A stretch of DNA of 64,000 nt from Methanobacteriota archaeon (GTDB taxonomy: Archaea; Thermoplasmatota; Thermoplasmata; SG8-5; JAGLSY01): NCBI GenBank assembly GCA_020697715.1, contig JAEHCO010000002.1:252667-316666 (forward strand), written 5' to 3'. This document shows positions 50,833-60,771 of this stretch, piece after piece. The notes beneath the pieces are model-generated. The model saw nothing but the letters and a program-made list of their open reading frames with translations. It searched no databases and had not been told where the DNA came from. A program made the position numbers and the translations under genes. Each line of letters begins with the position of its first letter. Within the stretch, counting starts at the first letter, position 1.

Positions 50833-50974
50833 ATATAATCACCAATAACCGACAATTTGTCGGGTGTAGTTTATATAGTTTTCCTACCTGTATAACACTG
50901 TATATATTTAATATTATCGCGTGTGAGATAATATAACAAGTCAATTAGATGAAAGACGAAATAAAAAAAATCAA

Positions 50975-51077
50975 ATGCAGGTGTCGGGATCCATTACTTG
51001 TTGCCAGGGACAACAAGTAACGCTCGTTTTTTCTTCACTATTTTCAGAAAAAACTCGTCGAACTCCGTTCGAATCCC
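50975..51077 (-). repeat. tRNA-linked structured unit (type A) ending in a copy of the tRNA-Gly 3' end
   Basis: Minus strand starts GGGATTCGAAC-GGA-GTTCGA; ATGCAGGTGTCGGGAT at 50975-50990 is identical to 51091-51106. Confidence 0.85.
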
Positions 51078-51091
51078 TATATAAAAATATA

Positions 51092-51165
51092 TGCAGGTGT
51101 CGGGATTCGAACCCGAGTGATTGGCTTGGAAGGCCAAGATCATAGCCAGGCTAGATCACACCTGC
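51092..51165 (-). tRNA. tRNA-Gly(TCC)
   Basis: Acceptor GCAGGTG/CACCTGC+A; anticodon arm TTGGC-CTTCCAA-GCCAA; T-arm TCGGG-TTCGAAT-CCCGA. Confidence 0.95.
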
Positions 51166-51367
51166 ATTCAGACCCAAGTTCGATATTCTTAAGTCAAACG
51201 TGGATTTTGATGGTCGATTATGTGGCCGATATTGTGACCGATATTCTACTGGGAAACCAATAATAGATAAAAACCTATCGAATCATCTGCAGTGCACGAT
51301 AAAGGGGGGGTATTAGGGTCCCTCAGCTAAAGTGCAAGAACAGATCATGATGAGTGTGTTTGAGCCT

Positions 51368-51406
51368 GAAAAAAAATCAAATGGCCGGACGGGATATTCC
51401 GGCCAT
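51368..51406 (-). terminator. Hairpin plus T tract
   Basis: ATGGCCGGA / TCCGGCCAT then TTGATTTTTTTTT on the minus strand. Confidence 0.6.
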
Positions 51407-51445
51407 CTATATATGGGATGGAATTTTTGAGTCGAATATTGTTGA

Positions 51446-51529
51446 TCAGTCATCTAGCTGATCATAGCAACCATTGAGGAAGTACACTTCCTGCCAGCTG
51501 CAATCTTCTATTTCTCGGTTGTTATTCAT
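51446..51529 (-). CDS. 27-aa microprotein
   Basis: MNNNREIEDCSWQEVYFLNGCYDQLDD*; GAGGT RBS, TTATATA box about 35 nt upstream, terminator downstream. Confidence 0.55.
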   Translation of the reverse strand: MNNNREIEDCSWQEVYFLNGCYDQLDD

Positions 51530-51928
51530 TGTTTTAACCTCAATATCCCTATCATCGACCCGGTATATAAGGATCGATTTAGGGGGTGGGTGAAAGTATT
51601 CAAGGTAATGTGCATGATCTTAGTGAAAGTAATTTTTTCAATCGCTTTATTAATATAATATTTACTTATAATATAAGCCAGTATGTATACATATAAGTAT
51701 TTACGTATTTACTGTTGGCTAATTTATTATATATTATATAGCATTGTACCTTTTATAGGGTCTATGAAACCCTATTTAGGGTTTAGCATATCTGCTACAA
51801 AATGAAGCTTGTGCATATTTGTACAAATATACTGGCTAAATTCTAATATATTTGACCATATTGCCCTATATTATACCAATATAAAGGTATAAAAAACCTT
51901 ATATATGGTTAATTGTAGTCATGATGAT

Positions 51929-52123
51929 ATGAAACAGAAATACGAGGCAGATGGTGAATTCGATGTCCTGAACAAGGTTGTGACAAAGGACGGCAGGCTT
52001 TATCTCAGTGATTACAAGGGCTGCAAATGCACTATCATAGTTTGGGATAAGATGGAATATTATCCTGCCGGAAAACAGGCAAAAGATGCCGGAAAGTCAA
52101 AGGGCCGAACCGCAAAGAAATGA
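51929..52123 (+). CDS. Small DUF2080/AbrB-like protein
   Basis: YEADGEFDVLNKVVTKDGRLYLSDYKGCKCTIIV pattern. Confidence 0.5.
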   Translation: MKQKYEADGEFDVLNKVVTKDGRLYLSDYKGCKCTIIVWDKMEYYPAGKQAKDAGKSKGRTAKK

Positions 52124-52175
52124 CCGACAGCCGAAATCTAAAATTATTTTATCTAAGTCCCCTATCTCTAGCACG

Positions 52176-52613
52176 ATGCCTGTCGTGAGAGAGTTTCAAT
52201 ATTCCGATCTTGATCAGATAATGTACCATGTCGCAGACCTGTTCGATCAGGTGAATCCACCCGAATTCTATACCCTGATATACGAGCACTGGCCAGAAGG
52301 TTTTATCGTACTGGAAGATGAGGGAAAGGTTCACGGCTTCATTATCGCGAACCTTCTAAGTGCGGACGATGCCCGTATACTGATAATGGGCATTGTTAAA
52401 GATTCGCAGGGCAAGGGATACGGTAAGATATTTCTCAAAGAATTTTTGGATAGGGCCAGACGAGCAAATATCAAGAAAATATTGCTCGAGGTCCGTATTT
52501 CGAACACGAAAGCCCAGGAGTTTTATGCATCCCTGGGGTTTTCGGCGACCGGCATCTTGAAGGAATTCTATCAAGATTCTGAAGATGCGTATTCGATGGA
52601 AAAGAAGATATAA
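52176..52613 (+). CDS. RimI/Ard1-like N-acetyltransferase
   Basis: QGKGYG, LEVRISN..AQEFY..LGF and FYQDSEDAYSM motifs. Confidence 0.88.
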   Translation: MPVVREFQYSDLDQIMYHVADLFDQVNPPEFYTLIYEHWPEGFIVLEDEGKVHGFIIANLLSADDARILIMGIVKDSQGKGYGKIFLKEFLDRARRANIKKILLEVRISNTKAQEFYASLGFSATGILKEFYQDSEDAYSMEKKI

Positions 52614-52819
52614 AATTGAAGAGTTGTGAGTTTAGGGACGAAAGATTGAAAAACTACCCCGGCCTGCGTTGGACTTGGACGGGGCTTGATAGATACCAAT
52701 TGGTATTTGTCAATCACTGAAAAACGAATATAAAACCCCGCCCTAATGAAATACTATATGAATCATCCAGACGGGGCATGTTGTTGAGAATCTGTAGGGA
52801 ATATGAATGGTCAATGAAT

Positions 52820-54349
52820 TTATCCGTATCCTATCTTATCGTCATACTGATGCTCATTCCAATAATGGTATGGGGATTTGCTCTTCTGTGCGGCACTCAT
52901 ATCACTGGCAACTCCCTTTTCATATGTACCGTATTTTTCCTTGATCTGCTCTTCGACCGTCTTGCTTCTCTTAAGAGCAAGAATTATGTCCTCTGTTTTT
53001 ATGAGCTCGTCCTTATTGGTGATGGCTATATCTCCTGCTGTGCGTATGAGACCGCCCAGCTCTCTCAATCTCAGAGTGAGTGAGTCATCCTTATGATCGT
53101 ATATCTTGGCTCTTCTAATAGCATCCTTGATGACCTCGTCAATAGCTCCCCTTGTCGCATGCGGGATCCTATTATCCATGTAGATCTCCTGGGCGATGAA
53201 CTGCATCAATAGGCCGCGGTTATGGGCATTATCATCCATTGTGGCTTCCATCAATACCTCATATCCAGAACCAATGATTCTGGATCTTAGAGGTGAAAGT
53301 ATGTATTCCAGATCCTGGATATTACAGGCCCCTATAAAAATAAAGTTACAAGGTACGCTGTTAACCTTGACACTTGCTCCCGCGCTTTGTGGATTTCTTC
53401 CATTTATTGGGAACCTCTTCTCCTGCATCGCAGTTAATATGTATCTCTGAAGATGTCCGAGATGAGGCAATTCATCGATGAAGAGCACACCTTCATGTGC
53501 CTCATGTATCGATCCTGCAACAACTCTTTCATAGGGTGGCGTACCCAGCTGAGGATGTGAACCATATGGATCATGTCTTACATCACCCAATAGCTCGGTC
53601 TCCGTGGCCCCGGTCGCCAGAACAAAAGGATTCCTATTGACACCGATCAGTCGCTTGCTCGGACTGACCTTTTCCATTTCTCTTCGTTTTTCAAGGACCT
53701 TCTGATCAAGGATCTTTATCATGTCACCAGATCTCTCATAGACAACGATCTCTTCCTTACCATATCTCTTTCTGGTCATGGTAATTCTTTCATTGCCCTC
53801 ATAACCCTTGAAAGCAGCAGCACCCACAAGCCCCACGATATCTCCAAATCTTTTGTCAACATGGGACATACCTGTGACCTTTGACTCTGAACATTTAGGG
53901 CAGAAGAAATCTTTGGGCGGGGAATATGTACCACAGTTAGCACACTTGTATCCCAGTTTTTCCGCTACCTGGACAGGCGCGGCCTTTGGATCGATTATCT
54001 CACCTTCGATGATCTCCACCACTTCAGTTTCCTCATCGATGGAATCCCTGGTTCTTACCTGAATAAGAGGTCGCTCAGGGTTTTCCGGGTTATGAACAAC
54101 CCGGATCTCCTCCTCCGGCTTCTTAAGATGTAAAGCCAGAGCCTGAGCCACCATGGACTTACCGGTTCCAGGAGGGCCGACCAAAAGCAGATGTCTTCTC
54201 TGCTTTGCGGCAATTGATGCAAGCTCAACTGCTTCTGGTTGACCAATGACCCTTTTTAGGGGGTCTCTCGGGATATCTATATCGGCCGTGGTCTCTATAT
54301 TGGATATTTCGGTATCCTCGTCCACTGGCCTTTCTTTGTCCGGTTCCAT
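52820..54349 (-). CDS. LonB-type AAA+ ATPase without protease domain
   Basis: VIGQ, GPPGTGKS, LLGDVRHDP, HEAHEGVLFIDE, PLRSRI and LRLRELGGLIR motifs; CxxC..CxxC insert; no Ser-Lys protease domain. Confidence 0.85.
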   Translation of the reverse strand: MEPDKERPVDEDTEISNIETTADIDIPRDPLKRVIGQPEAVELASIAAKQRRHLLLVGPPGTGKSMVAQALALHLKKPEEEIRVVHNPENPERPLIQVRTRDSIDEETEVVEIIEGEIIDPKAAPVQVAEKLGYKCANCGTYSPPKDFFCPKCSESKVTGMSHVDKRFGDIVGLVGAAAFKGYEGNERITMTRKRYGKEEIVVYERSGDMIKILDQKVLEKRREMEKVSPSKRLIGVNRNPFVLATGATETELLGDVRHDPYGSHPQLGTPPYERVVAGSIHEAHEGVLFIDELPHLGHLQRYILTAMQEKRFPINGRNPQSAGASVKVNSVPCNFIFIGACNIQDLEYILSPLRSRIIGSGYEVLMEATMDDNAHNRGLLMQFIAQEIYMDNRIPHATRGAIDEVIKDAIRRAKIYDHKDDSLTLRLRELGGLIRTAGDIAITNKDELIKTEDIILALKRSKTVEEQIKEKYGTYEKGVASDMSAAQKSKSPYHYWNEHQYDDKIGYG

Positions 54350-54387
54350 GTTCTCATTCTCGATCTATCGATCTATTTCGATGTTCA

Positions 54388-55680
54388 TCAAAATAGATCA
54401 TTCTTCGTCAGTATAGTTAAATCTGTCGGTTGTTTTGAGACATTTCCGATCTTTGTAGCCACAATGACCTTGATCTTTTGCTCGGTGGCAATGTCAAGTA
54501 TGCGCTGTGTGATTATGCCATCGAATATCACTGTCTCGATATCCTTTCCTTGTGCTTTCAGGGTCTCTGCGAGATCCTTGATCTGGATCTCGGCAATGAG
54601 ATTGTTCTTACTTCCGATGATCCTTGCCTTGGATTTTCCAGATATCTCATTAAAGGATTTTTTATAATCATTCTGTTCATTAGAAAGATTATTGGCTGGC
54701 TTTTTAGGCTCTTCTTTTGGCTTAGCCTTGGTGATCGGAGCTTTTTGCTTCCCGCTTTTTGCTGGAGGCATATCTTTTTTCTTCGCTCCTACTTTTTCAG
54801 GCTTCTTTTTCATATCTCCATTGTCGCTCTTCTTCATGCCTGTGCTATCAATTCCAGACATCTCCATGAATTGTTCGGCTGGAACCTTGTTCCTCAGGGA
54901 TTTCATGATCTGCTTGCTGGTCAATTCCTCGACCTCTTTTCCTTTTGGTGCTCGGGCTATGAAATCAACCTCTGCAACTTGCAGCAATTCTCTGAGAACG
55001 AGCTCTCCTCCACGGTCTCCATCTACAAAAGCCGTTACCACTCTCTCTGTGGACAGCTCTTTAATGGTGTTTGGGACATTTGTTCCCTCAACAGCTATCG
55101 CATGCTTTATGCCAGCTTTCAAGAGATTGGTAACATCATTTCGTCCTTCCACAACAAGGATTGCATCCGAACTTCCCACATTTGGTCCGGCCGGGCATCT
55201 GTCTGGCCCATAGGTCAGGATCTCGTGTATCTGCACACTTTGTCTGACCGAGTCTGCAAGATTTGTGCTTGTATCTTTTGAATCTTCAATTATATCTGCA
55301 AGAAGTTCCTTTGCACGATCAACGATCTTGCTTCTTTTTGTCACTCTGACATCCTCTATGGCCAAAACGGTCATCTTTGCCTTGCATGGTCCAATTCGGT
55401 CTATTGTCTCCAATGCCGATGCCATGATAGCGGTCTCCACCTGGTCCAGGCTGGATGGGATTATAACTTCTCCATCTGCCTTTCCCTTATTGGAGTTTAT
55501 GTCAACTTCAATCCTTCCTATTCTCCCGCTCTTCTGCAGGTCTCTGAGGTCTAATTCCTCTCCGAGAAGTCCCTCGGTCTGTCCGAATATTGCGCCTACA
55601 ACGTCTGGTTTGTCCACAACGCCCTCGGCATGTATCTTGATCTTTATCTGATATTTTGTAGTACTTGGATCTAACATCAT
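54388..55680 (-). CDS. dnaG: Archaeal DnaG
   Basis: GVVDKPDVVGAIFGQTEGLLG; TOPRIM VVEGRND and DGDRGG; FDGIITQR. Confidence 0.96.
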   Translation of the reverse strand: MMLDPSTTKYQIKIKIHAEGVVDKPDVVGAIFGQTEGLLGEELDLRDLQKSGRIGRIEVDINSNKGKADGEVIIPSSLDQVETAIMASALETIDRIGPCKAKMTVLAIEDVRVTKRSKIVDRAKELLADIIEDSKDTSTNLADSVRQSVQIHEILTYGPDRCPAGPNVGSSDAILVVEGRNDVTNLLKAGIKHAIAVEGTNVPNTIKELSTERVVTAFVDGDRGGELVLRELLQVAEVDFIARAPKGKEVEELTSKQIMKSLRNKVPAEQFMEMSGIDSTGMKKSDNGDMKKKPEKVGAKKKDMPPAKSGKQKAPITKAKPKEEPKKPANNLSNEQNDYKKSFNEISGKSKARIIGSKNNLIAEIQIKDLAETLKAQGKDIETVIFDGIITQRILDIATEQKIKVIVATKIGNVSKQPTDLTILTKNDLF

Positions 55681-56040
55681 TTTTAATTCCTCCTATATTT
55701 TCTTTTCATCTTTTCGGAATTTTGAAAGCGCAAATTTATTCGTGTTTTCTAACTTCATATTTCGAAGTCCTGAACACGCGAATTTTAATACGCTCATTCA
55801 TTTTCCTTTCATTACAAAAGATTCTGGCTAGCTATCGCACTCGCAGTTTAGCATGAGGTCCATATTCTGCCCCTGGCTATTCTGGAATTGATTCCCATCT
55901 CAATTCAATGATCGTGATCTGTGATATCTGTGAAATGAGCAAATGCCGTTCCTTCTTTTGTGAATTTGCTGAATACCTATTAGTGCTTCTTGTATTTAAA
56001 TCTAATCAATAGTATTATAACTCTTATATCCAATTATCCT

Positions 56041-56781
56041 ATGATGGCAGTTCCCAAGTCACATCCGAGATACGAATCCCTTAAGAAAAGGGAGTTGATA
56101 ATAAAGGGTGTGAAAGAAGGTTTGGTGGCAGAAGCTGGTCTTATCGCCCATGGTAGAGGAGAGGCCTTTGATTATCTCATGGGGGAAAGAACATTGCCAT
56201 CTGGCCATAGAGCTTCATTGGCTGCCGCGGCTTTGCTGGTCACCGCAAAGCATCCTGTGATCTCGGTGAATGGTAATACGGCAGTACTGGCTGCTGAGGA
56301 TCTTATACTATTATCTGAGATGATCGGAGCTCCTTTGGAGATCAATCTATTCTACAGGACCGAAGAACGAATTGCTGGCTTGACCAAGTATCTTGAGGAG
56401 CGAGGGGCGAATAATGTGCTGGGCGCCAACCCAGATAAGCAAATTCCCGGGATAGATCATGCCAGATCATTATGCTGTGATGAAGGGATATTTTCCGCAG
56501 ATGTCATACTTGTGCCACTGGAGGATGGGGACAGAGCGAAAGCACTGGTGGATATGGGAAAGAAGACGATCGTGATCGATATAAACCCAATGTCCAGGAG
56601 TTCGAGAACAGCCACCATCACCATTGCTGATGAGCTTACAAGGGCCATACCTCTCCTTATACAGAATCTGGAGGGGCTTAAGGATAAGAATGAGGCTGAT
56701 ATTATGAAAATGCTGGCTGATTTTGATAATCTGGACAATCTCAAGAGAACCGAGCAAGAGATATCCGAGAACCTGTCCTAG
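56041..56781 (+). CDS. 4-phosphopantoate--beta-alanine ligase (phosphopantothenate synthetase)
   Basis: PKSHPRYESL, GLIAHGRGEAFDYL, ISVNGN and VPLEDGDR motifs. Confidence 0.92.
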   Translation: MMAVPKSHPRYESLKKRELIIKGVKEGLVAEAGLIAHGRGEAFDYLMGERTLPSGHRASLAAAALLVTAKHPVISVNGNTAVLAAEDLILLSEMIGAPLEINLFYRTEERIAGLTKYLEERGANNVLGANPDKQIPGIDHARSLCCDEGIFSADVILVPLEDGDRAKALVDMGKKTIVIDINPMSRSSRTATITIADELTRAIPLLIQNLEGLKDKNEADIMKMLADFDNLDNLKRTEQEISENLS

Positions 56782-56851
56782 TGTTTGCCCCATCATTAAT
56801 TATAAATACGTTCTTAACAATGTTCGCTTAGTAATTGTTCAGGTGGTCCAA

Positions 56852-57745
56852 ATGAAGAAATTTGCCAAGAAAATAGTCCTTTTGGGGGATTCAGCAGTAG
56901 GGAAAACAAGTTTGATAAGAAAATTCGTTCATGAAGAATTCGATGATACCTACATATCTACCATTGGGACCAAGGTAAGTAAGAAGGAAATGAAGCTCAA
57001 TCTTGAGGGTGAGGATGTGACAATGAACCTCATGATCTGGGATATGCTGGGTCGAGAAGGTTATATGTCCGCTCAGGCCCGACAGATGGTGGGAGCTCAG
57101 GGAATAATCATTGTTGGGGATCTCACACGTACGGACACCATAAAGAACATGGAAAAATATTGGATACCATTACTTCTTCGAACACTGGGTAGTATTAACC
57201 TACCGATCGTGTTCATTGCCAATAAATCAGATATTGCCAGTGAGGACAAGGTAATGGATGCAGTTGATATATTTTCCAGATACGAGAAGAATTACAATCA
57301 CGGCATGAAGGAGAACCTGCCAGATGACCTGAACACATGGTTCCTCTCCAGTGCGAAGACCGGGGAAAAAGTGGAAGACGCCTTCAAGACCATGGTGCAT
57401 TTGACCTATTACACAAACAGGGCCAAGGACCCATTTTTCGATAGGATAAGGGATCTCACCATCAAAAGGATCGGAGACCAGGGCGAGCGTGATACCCTCG
57501 TGGGAGTCGTGGACCTGATAATATATGAGTTCTCCGAGATATATGGAAACTCTGTCAAGGCTGGACGTATCCTCCGTGAGGAAGTGGCCAGAGCTGGCAT
57601 GGATCACAATAAGCCGACCAAGGAATCTGTGATCGAGCTGGTGGATTATCTCATAGAAGCAGCTGGAGAGGTCAATGAGGACTCGGAACAGCTGGTTGCC
57701 AAGAGAGATGAGTGGAAAGCCAAGATAGATCAGGCAAAAGATTAG
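56852..57745 (+). CDS. Rab/Ras-like small GTPase with C-terminal helical extension
   Basis: GDSAVGKTS, YISTIG, IWDMLG, NKSD and SAK motifs (G1-G5). Confidence 0.88.
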   Translation: MKKFAKKIVLLGDSAVGKTSLIRKFVHEEFDDTYISTIGTKVSKKEMKLNLEGEDVTMNLMIWDMLGREGYMSAQARQMVGAQGIIIVGDLTRTDTIKNMEKYWIPLLLRTLGSINLPIVFIANKSDIASEDKVMDAVDIFSRYEKNYNHGMKENLPDDLNTWFLSSAKTGEKVEDAFKTMVHLTYYTNRAKDPFFDRIRDLTIKRIGDQGERDTLVGVVDLIIYEFSEIYGNSVKAGRILREEVARAGMDHNKPTKESVIELVDYLIEAAGEVNEDSEQLVAKRDEWKAKIDQAKD

Positions 57746-57873
57746 TTCATCTGAGTTTGGTAAGTGAGCTCACTATCACCAATTCACTTGTTCATCAGTT
57801 TTCTCAAGCTAAAACATTATGAACTATTATCCAATACCCGTCAGTATATTGAGACCAATAAGGAGACTTCAGA

Positions 57874-59115
57874 ATGACTAGCCAGTTACTTCAGAAAGGT
57901 ATTGAAAGGTTGAATTGGGCCAAGACACACATGCATGTACTTGGAGAGATCGAAAAAAGATTGATAGATAATGGAGCATTGGATGGACTGAAGATCGGTA
58001 TGGCACTCCATGTAGAGGCCAAGACCGGAATACTTGCGATGACACTTCAGAATGCCGGAGCTAAAGTTCGTCTGGCAAGCTGCAATCCATTGTCCACTGA
58101 TGATTCCGTGTCACTTGCCCTGAATGAGGAATTTGGCCTGGAGACCTATGCCAAGAAGGGAGAATCCAATGATGAATATTATGAGAACCTGTACTCGGTA
58201 CTGGGTCTGAATCCCGACATCACCATTGATGATGGCGGTGACCTGATCCTTCTTTTACACACGAAGTTCAAGGACATGCTGCCAAATATCATGGGTGGCA
58301 ATGAGGAGACGACAACTGGCATCATAAGGCTGAAGGCCATGGAGGCAGAAGGGATGCTGAAGTTCCCGGTCTTTGCTGTGAACAATGCCAAAATGAAATA
58401 TCTTTTCGATAATAGATACGGAACTGGCCAGTCCACCGTGGATGGTATATTGACAGCCACCAATCTCACGCTTGCGGGTAAGAGGATCGTGGTTGCTGGC
58501 TATGGATGGTGCGGTCGTGGTATCGCCATGAGAATGCAGGGAATGGGCGGTAATGTCTGTGTTACGGAAGTGGATCCTGTCAAGGCCGTAGAGGCCAGGA
58601 TGGATGGCTTCGATGTCATGCCTATGATCGAGGCTGTGAAGACCGCGGATATGGTGGTATCAGTTACTGGGTGCAAGGATATAATCGACCAAAACCACTT
58701 GGAAGCCATGAAGGACAAATGTGTGCTTGCCAATTCCGGTCACTTTGACAATGAGATATCCAAGGACGCGCTGGATGCGTATTCCGTGAGCAAGAAACAG
58801 GTAAGAGGCCTGGTGGATGAATATGAATTGAAGAATGGGCGTAAGGTCTACCTTCTGGGAGAAGGCCGCCTTGTGAATCTGGCTGTTGGTCAGGGTCACC
58901 CCGTTGAGATCATGGACATGAGCTTCGCCACCCAGGCATTATGTGCGGAAAGGGTCGCTACACATCACAAGGAATTGGAGCCCAAGGTCTACGATGTGCC
59001 TCCGGAAATGGATGATATGGTGGCCAGGCTCAAACTGAAGGCCATGGACATATCAATTGACACCTCCACAACAGAGCAGGCGAAATATCTCGCATCATGG
59101 AATGAGGGCACATAA
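57874..59115 (+). CDS. ahcY: Adenosylhomocysteinase
   Basis: SCNPLST, EETTTG, FDNRYGTGQS, GYGWCGRG and GHPVEIMDMSF motifs. Confidence 0.96.
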   Translation: MTSQLLQKGIERLNWAKTHMHVLGEIEKRLIDNGALDGLKIGMALHVEAKTGILAMTLQNAGAKVRLASCNPLSTDDSVSLALNEEFGLETYAKKGESNDEYYENLYSVLGLNPDITIDDGGDLILLLHTKFKDMLPNIMGGNEETTTGIIRLKAMEAEGMLKFPVFAVNNAKMKYLFDNRYGTGQSTVDGILTATNLTLAGKRIVVAGYGWCGRGIAMRMQGMGGNVCVTEVDPVKAVEARMDGFDVMPMIEAVKTADMVVSVTGCKDIIDQNHLEAMKDKCVLANSGHFDNEISKDALDAYSVSKKQVRGLVDEYELKNGRKVYLLGEGRLVNLAVGQGHPVEIMDMSFATQALCAERVATHHKELEPKVYDVPPEMDDMVARLKLKAMDISIDTSTTEQAKYLASWNEGT

Positions 59116-59136
59116 GCCAGAATCCAAGGTGTTTGG

Positions 59137-59790
59137 GTGGGATCTGAATACACTGTCCTATGTGATTTTGACGGTACCATCACCGATAAGGATGTTGCCG
59201 CATCCATAATTAAGGAGTTCAGCACAGCTGATTGGAAGAGCATTGAGGATCGATACATCGCTGGAGAGATCACATCTCGAGAGGAGCTGGCTCTTCAATT
59301 TTCCAATGTCAATGTGTCTGAAGATATATTATTTGATTTCATCGATAATAATGTGCGGATCGATCCCACCTTCATATATTTTGTAGATTTCTGCAGGATG
59401 AATGGTATATCTATCACGATAGTCAGCGAGGGTCTTAATTTCTATATAGATCATATGATGCTTGGCAAAGGGCTGGACATTCCAATCAGAGTGAATGAGG
59501 GTCTGATATCTGATGATAATAGTATCCAGATAGAATTCTTCAGCAGATCGGAGAATAGAGACTGTGGCAAATGTGGGAATTGCAAGTCCAGCTTCCTTGA
59601 AGAAGTTAAAGTCAGTGGACAGAAGATCATCTACATTGGTGATGGCAGGTCGGATTTCTGTCCTGCGAAAAAAGCTGATATCGTATTTGCAAAAAGATCA
59701 CTGGCCAAGTATCTACGCTCTGAAAATATCGAGCACAATCCTTTTAACACATTCAGTGATATTGTGGCGATGATGGAGGAATTAATATGA
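59137..59790 (+). CDS. MtnX-like HAD-IB phosphatase
   Basis: CDFDGTIT, CGNCK and YIGDGRSDFC motifs; GTG start. Confidence 0.85.
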   Translation: MGSEYTVLCDFDGTITDKDVAASIIKEFSTADWKSIEDRYIAGEITSREELALQFSNVNVSEDILFDFIDNNVRIDPTFIYFVDFCRMNGISITIVSEGLNFYIDHMMLGKGLDIPIRVNEGLISDDNSIQIEFFSRSENRDCGKCGNCKSSFLEEVKVSGQKIIYIGDGRSDFCPAKKADIVFAKRSLAKYLRSENIEHNPFNTFSDIVAMMEELI

Positions 59791-60713
59791 ATAATTTCCT
59801 TGGAGTGTTCGGTCATGTGAACCTGGACTTCATACTGGAACTTCCCAAATTGCCAGAACCAAATACCAGTATCGAGGTGGAATCAAAACGCATGTACTAT
59901 GGAGGCACAGGAGCCAATATCGCCAGATGGGCTGCTAAGTTTGGTGTTGGAACATCTTTAGCTTCCTTTGTTGGCAAGGACTTTCCCGGGCATTTCCGCA
60001 AGGCATTGGCTGATGAAGGCCTGGATCTGACAGATCTTCTGGAGATGGAGGACTACACAACTCCCACATGCTGGATCATGACAGATGCAGAGCAAAATCA
60101 GGTGGCCTTCATGGACCAAGGACCCATGAAGGTGATGGGTGACTTCAAGATAGCCAGTCATACAATAGATTCTTGTGAGAATATCCATGTCGGAACTGGT
60201 CGACCAGAATATTATGAGAAGATAATGCTGGCTGCTCGTGAAAAGGGACGGCGAATATACTTCGATCCCGCGCAGGAGATCCATTATGTCTATACTCCGG
60301 CCAGCTTTCGCAGACTTCTGGATATGTCCGATGTGTTCTTTGCCAATCAGAATGAGATGAAAACTGCTTTGAAATACATGGAACTGGGTTCGAAGGAAGA
60401 ATTGCTGGATCATGTGGATATGATCATCATGACCCTGGGAAAAGATGGTAGCCAGATAATTACCAGCAATCAGATATTGGACATACCTGTTGTGAAGCCA
60501 AATGCCATTGTCGATCCAACTGGCGCGGGTGATTCATACCGCGCCGGATTCTATACTGGCCTATCATTGGGCTATGGCATGGAGGACTGCGGTAAACTGG
60601 CCGCTACAACGGCCAGCTTCGCTCTTGAGAACAAGGGGCCGCAGGAGAATATTCCTACATTGGAAGATGTGCTGGCTCGTGCCAATAAAAATAATATTCG
60701 GTTAAATATATAA
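59787..60713 (+). CDS. PfkB family (nucleoside) kinase
   Basis: GGTGAN, FDPAQ, N..E and DPTGAGDSYRAG motifs. Confidence 0.9.
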   Translation: MNNFLGVFGHVNLDFILELPKLPEPNTSIEVESKRMYYGGTGANIARWAAKFGVGTSLASFVGKDFPGHFRKALADEGLDLTDLLEMEDYTTPTCWIMTDAEQNQVAFMDQGPMKVMGDFKIASHTIDSCENIHVGTGRPEYYEKIMLAAREKGRRIYFDPAQEIHYVYTPASFRRLLDMSDVFFANQNEMKTALKYMELGSKEELLDHVDMIIMTLGKDGSQIITSNQILDIPVVKPNAIVDPTGAGDSYRAGFYTGLSLGYGMEDCGKLAATTASFALENKGPQENIPTLEDVLARANKNNIRLNI

Positions 60714-60771
60714 ATTAAATCTAATATAAAAATATGATATAAAAATAAAATTGATGAAAGGAGGATACAAA

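Noticed and set aside
50975-51077. Hammerhead ribozyme in type-A units
   Set aside because: No correctly placed CUGANGA / GAAA / NUH core found on either strand by eye.
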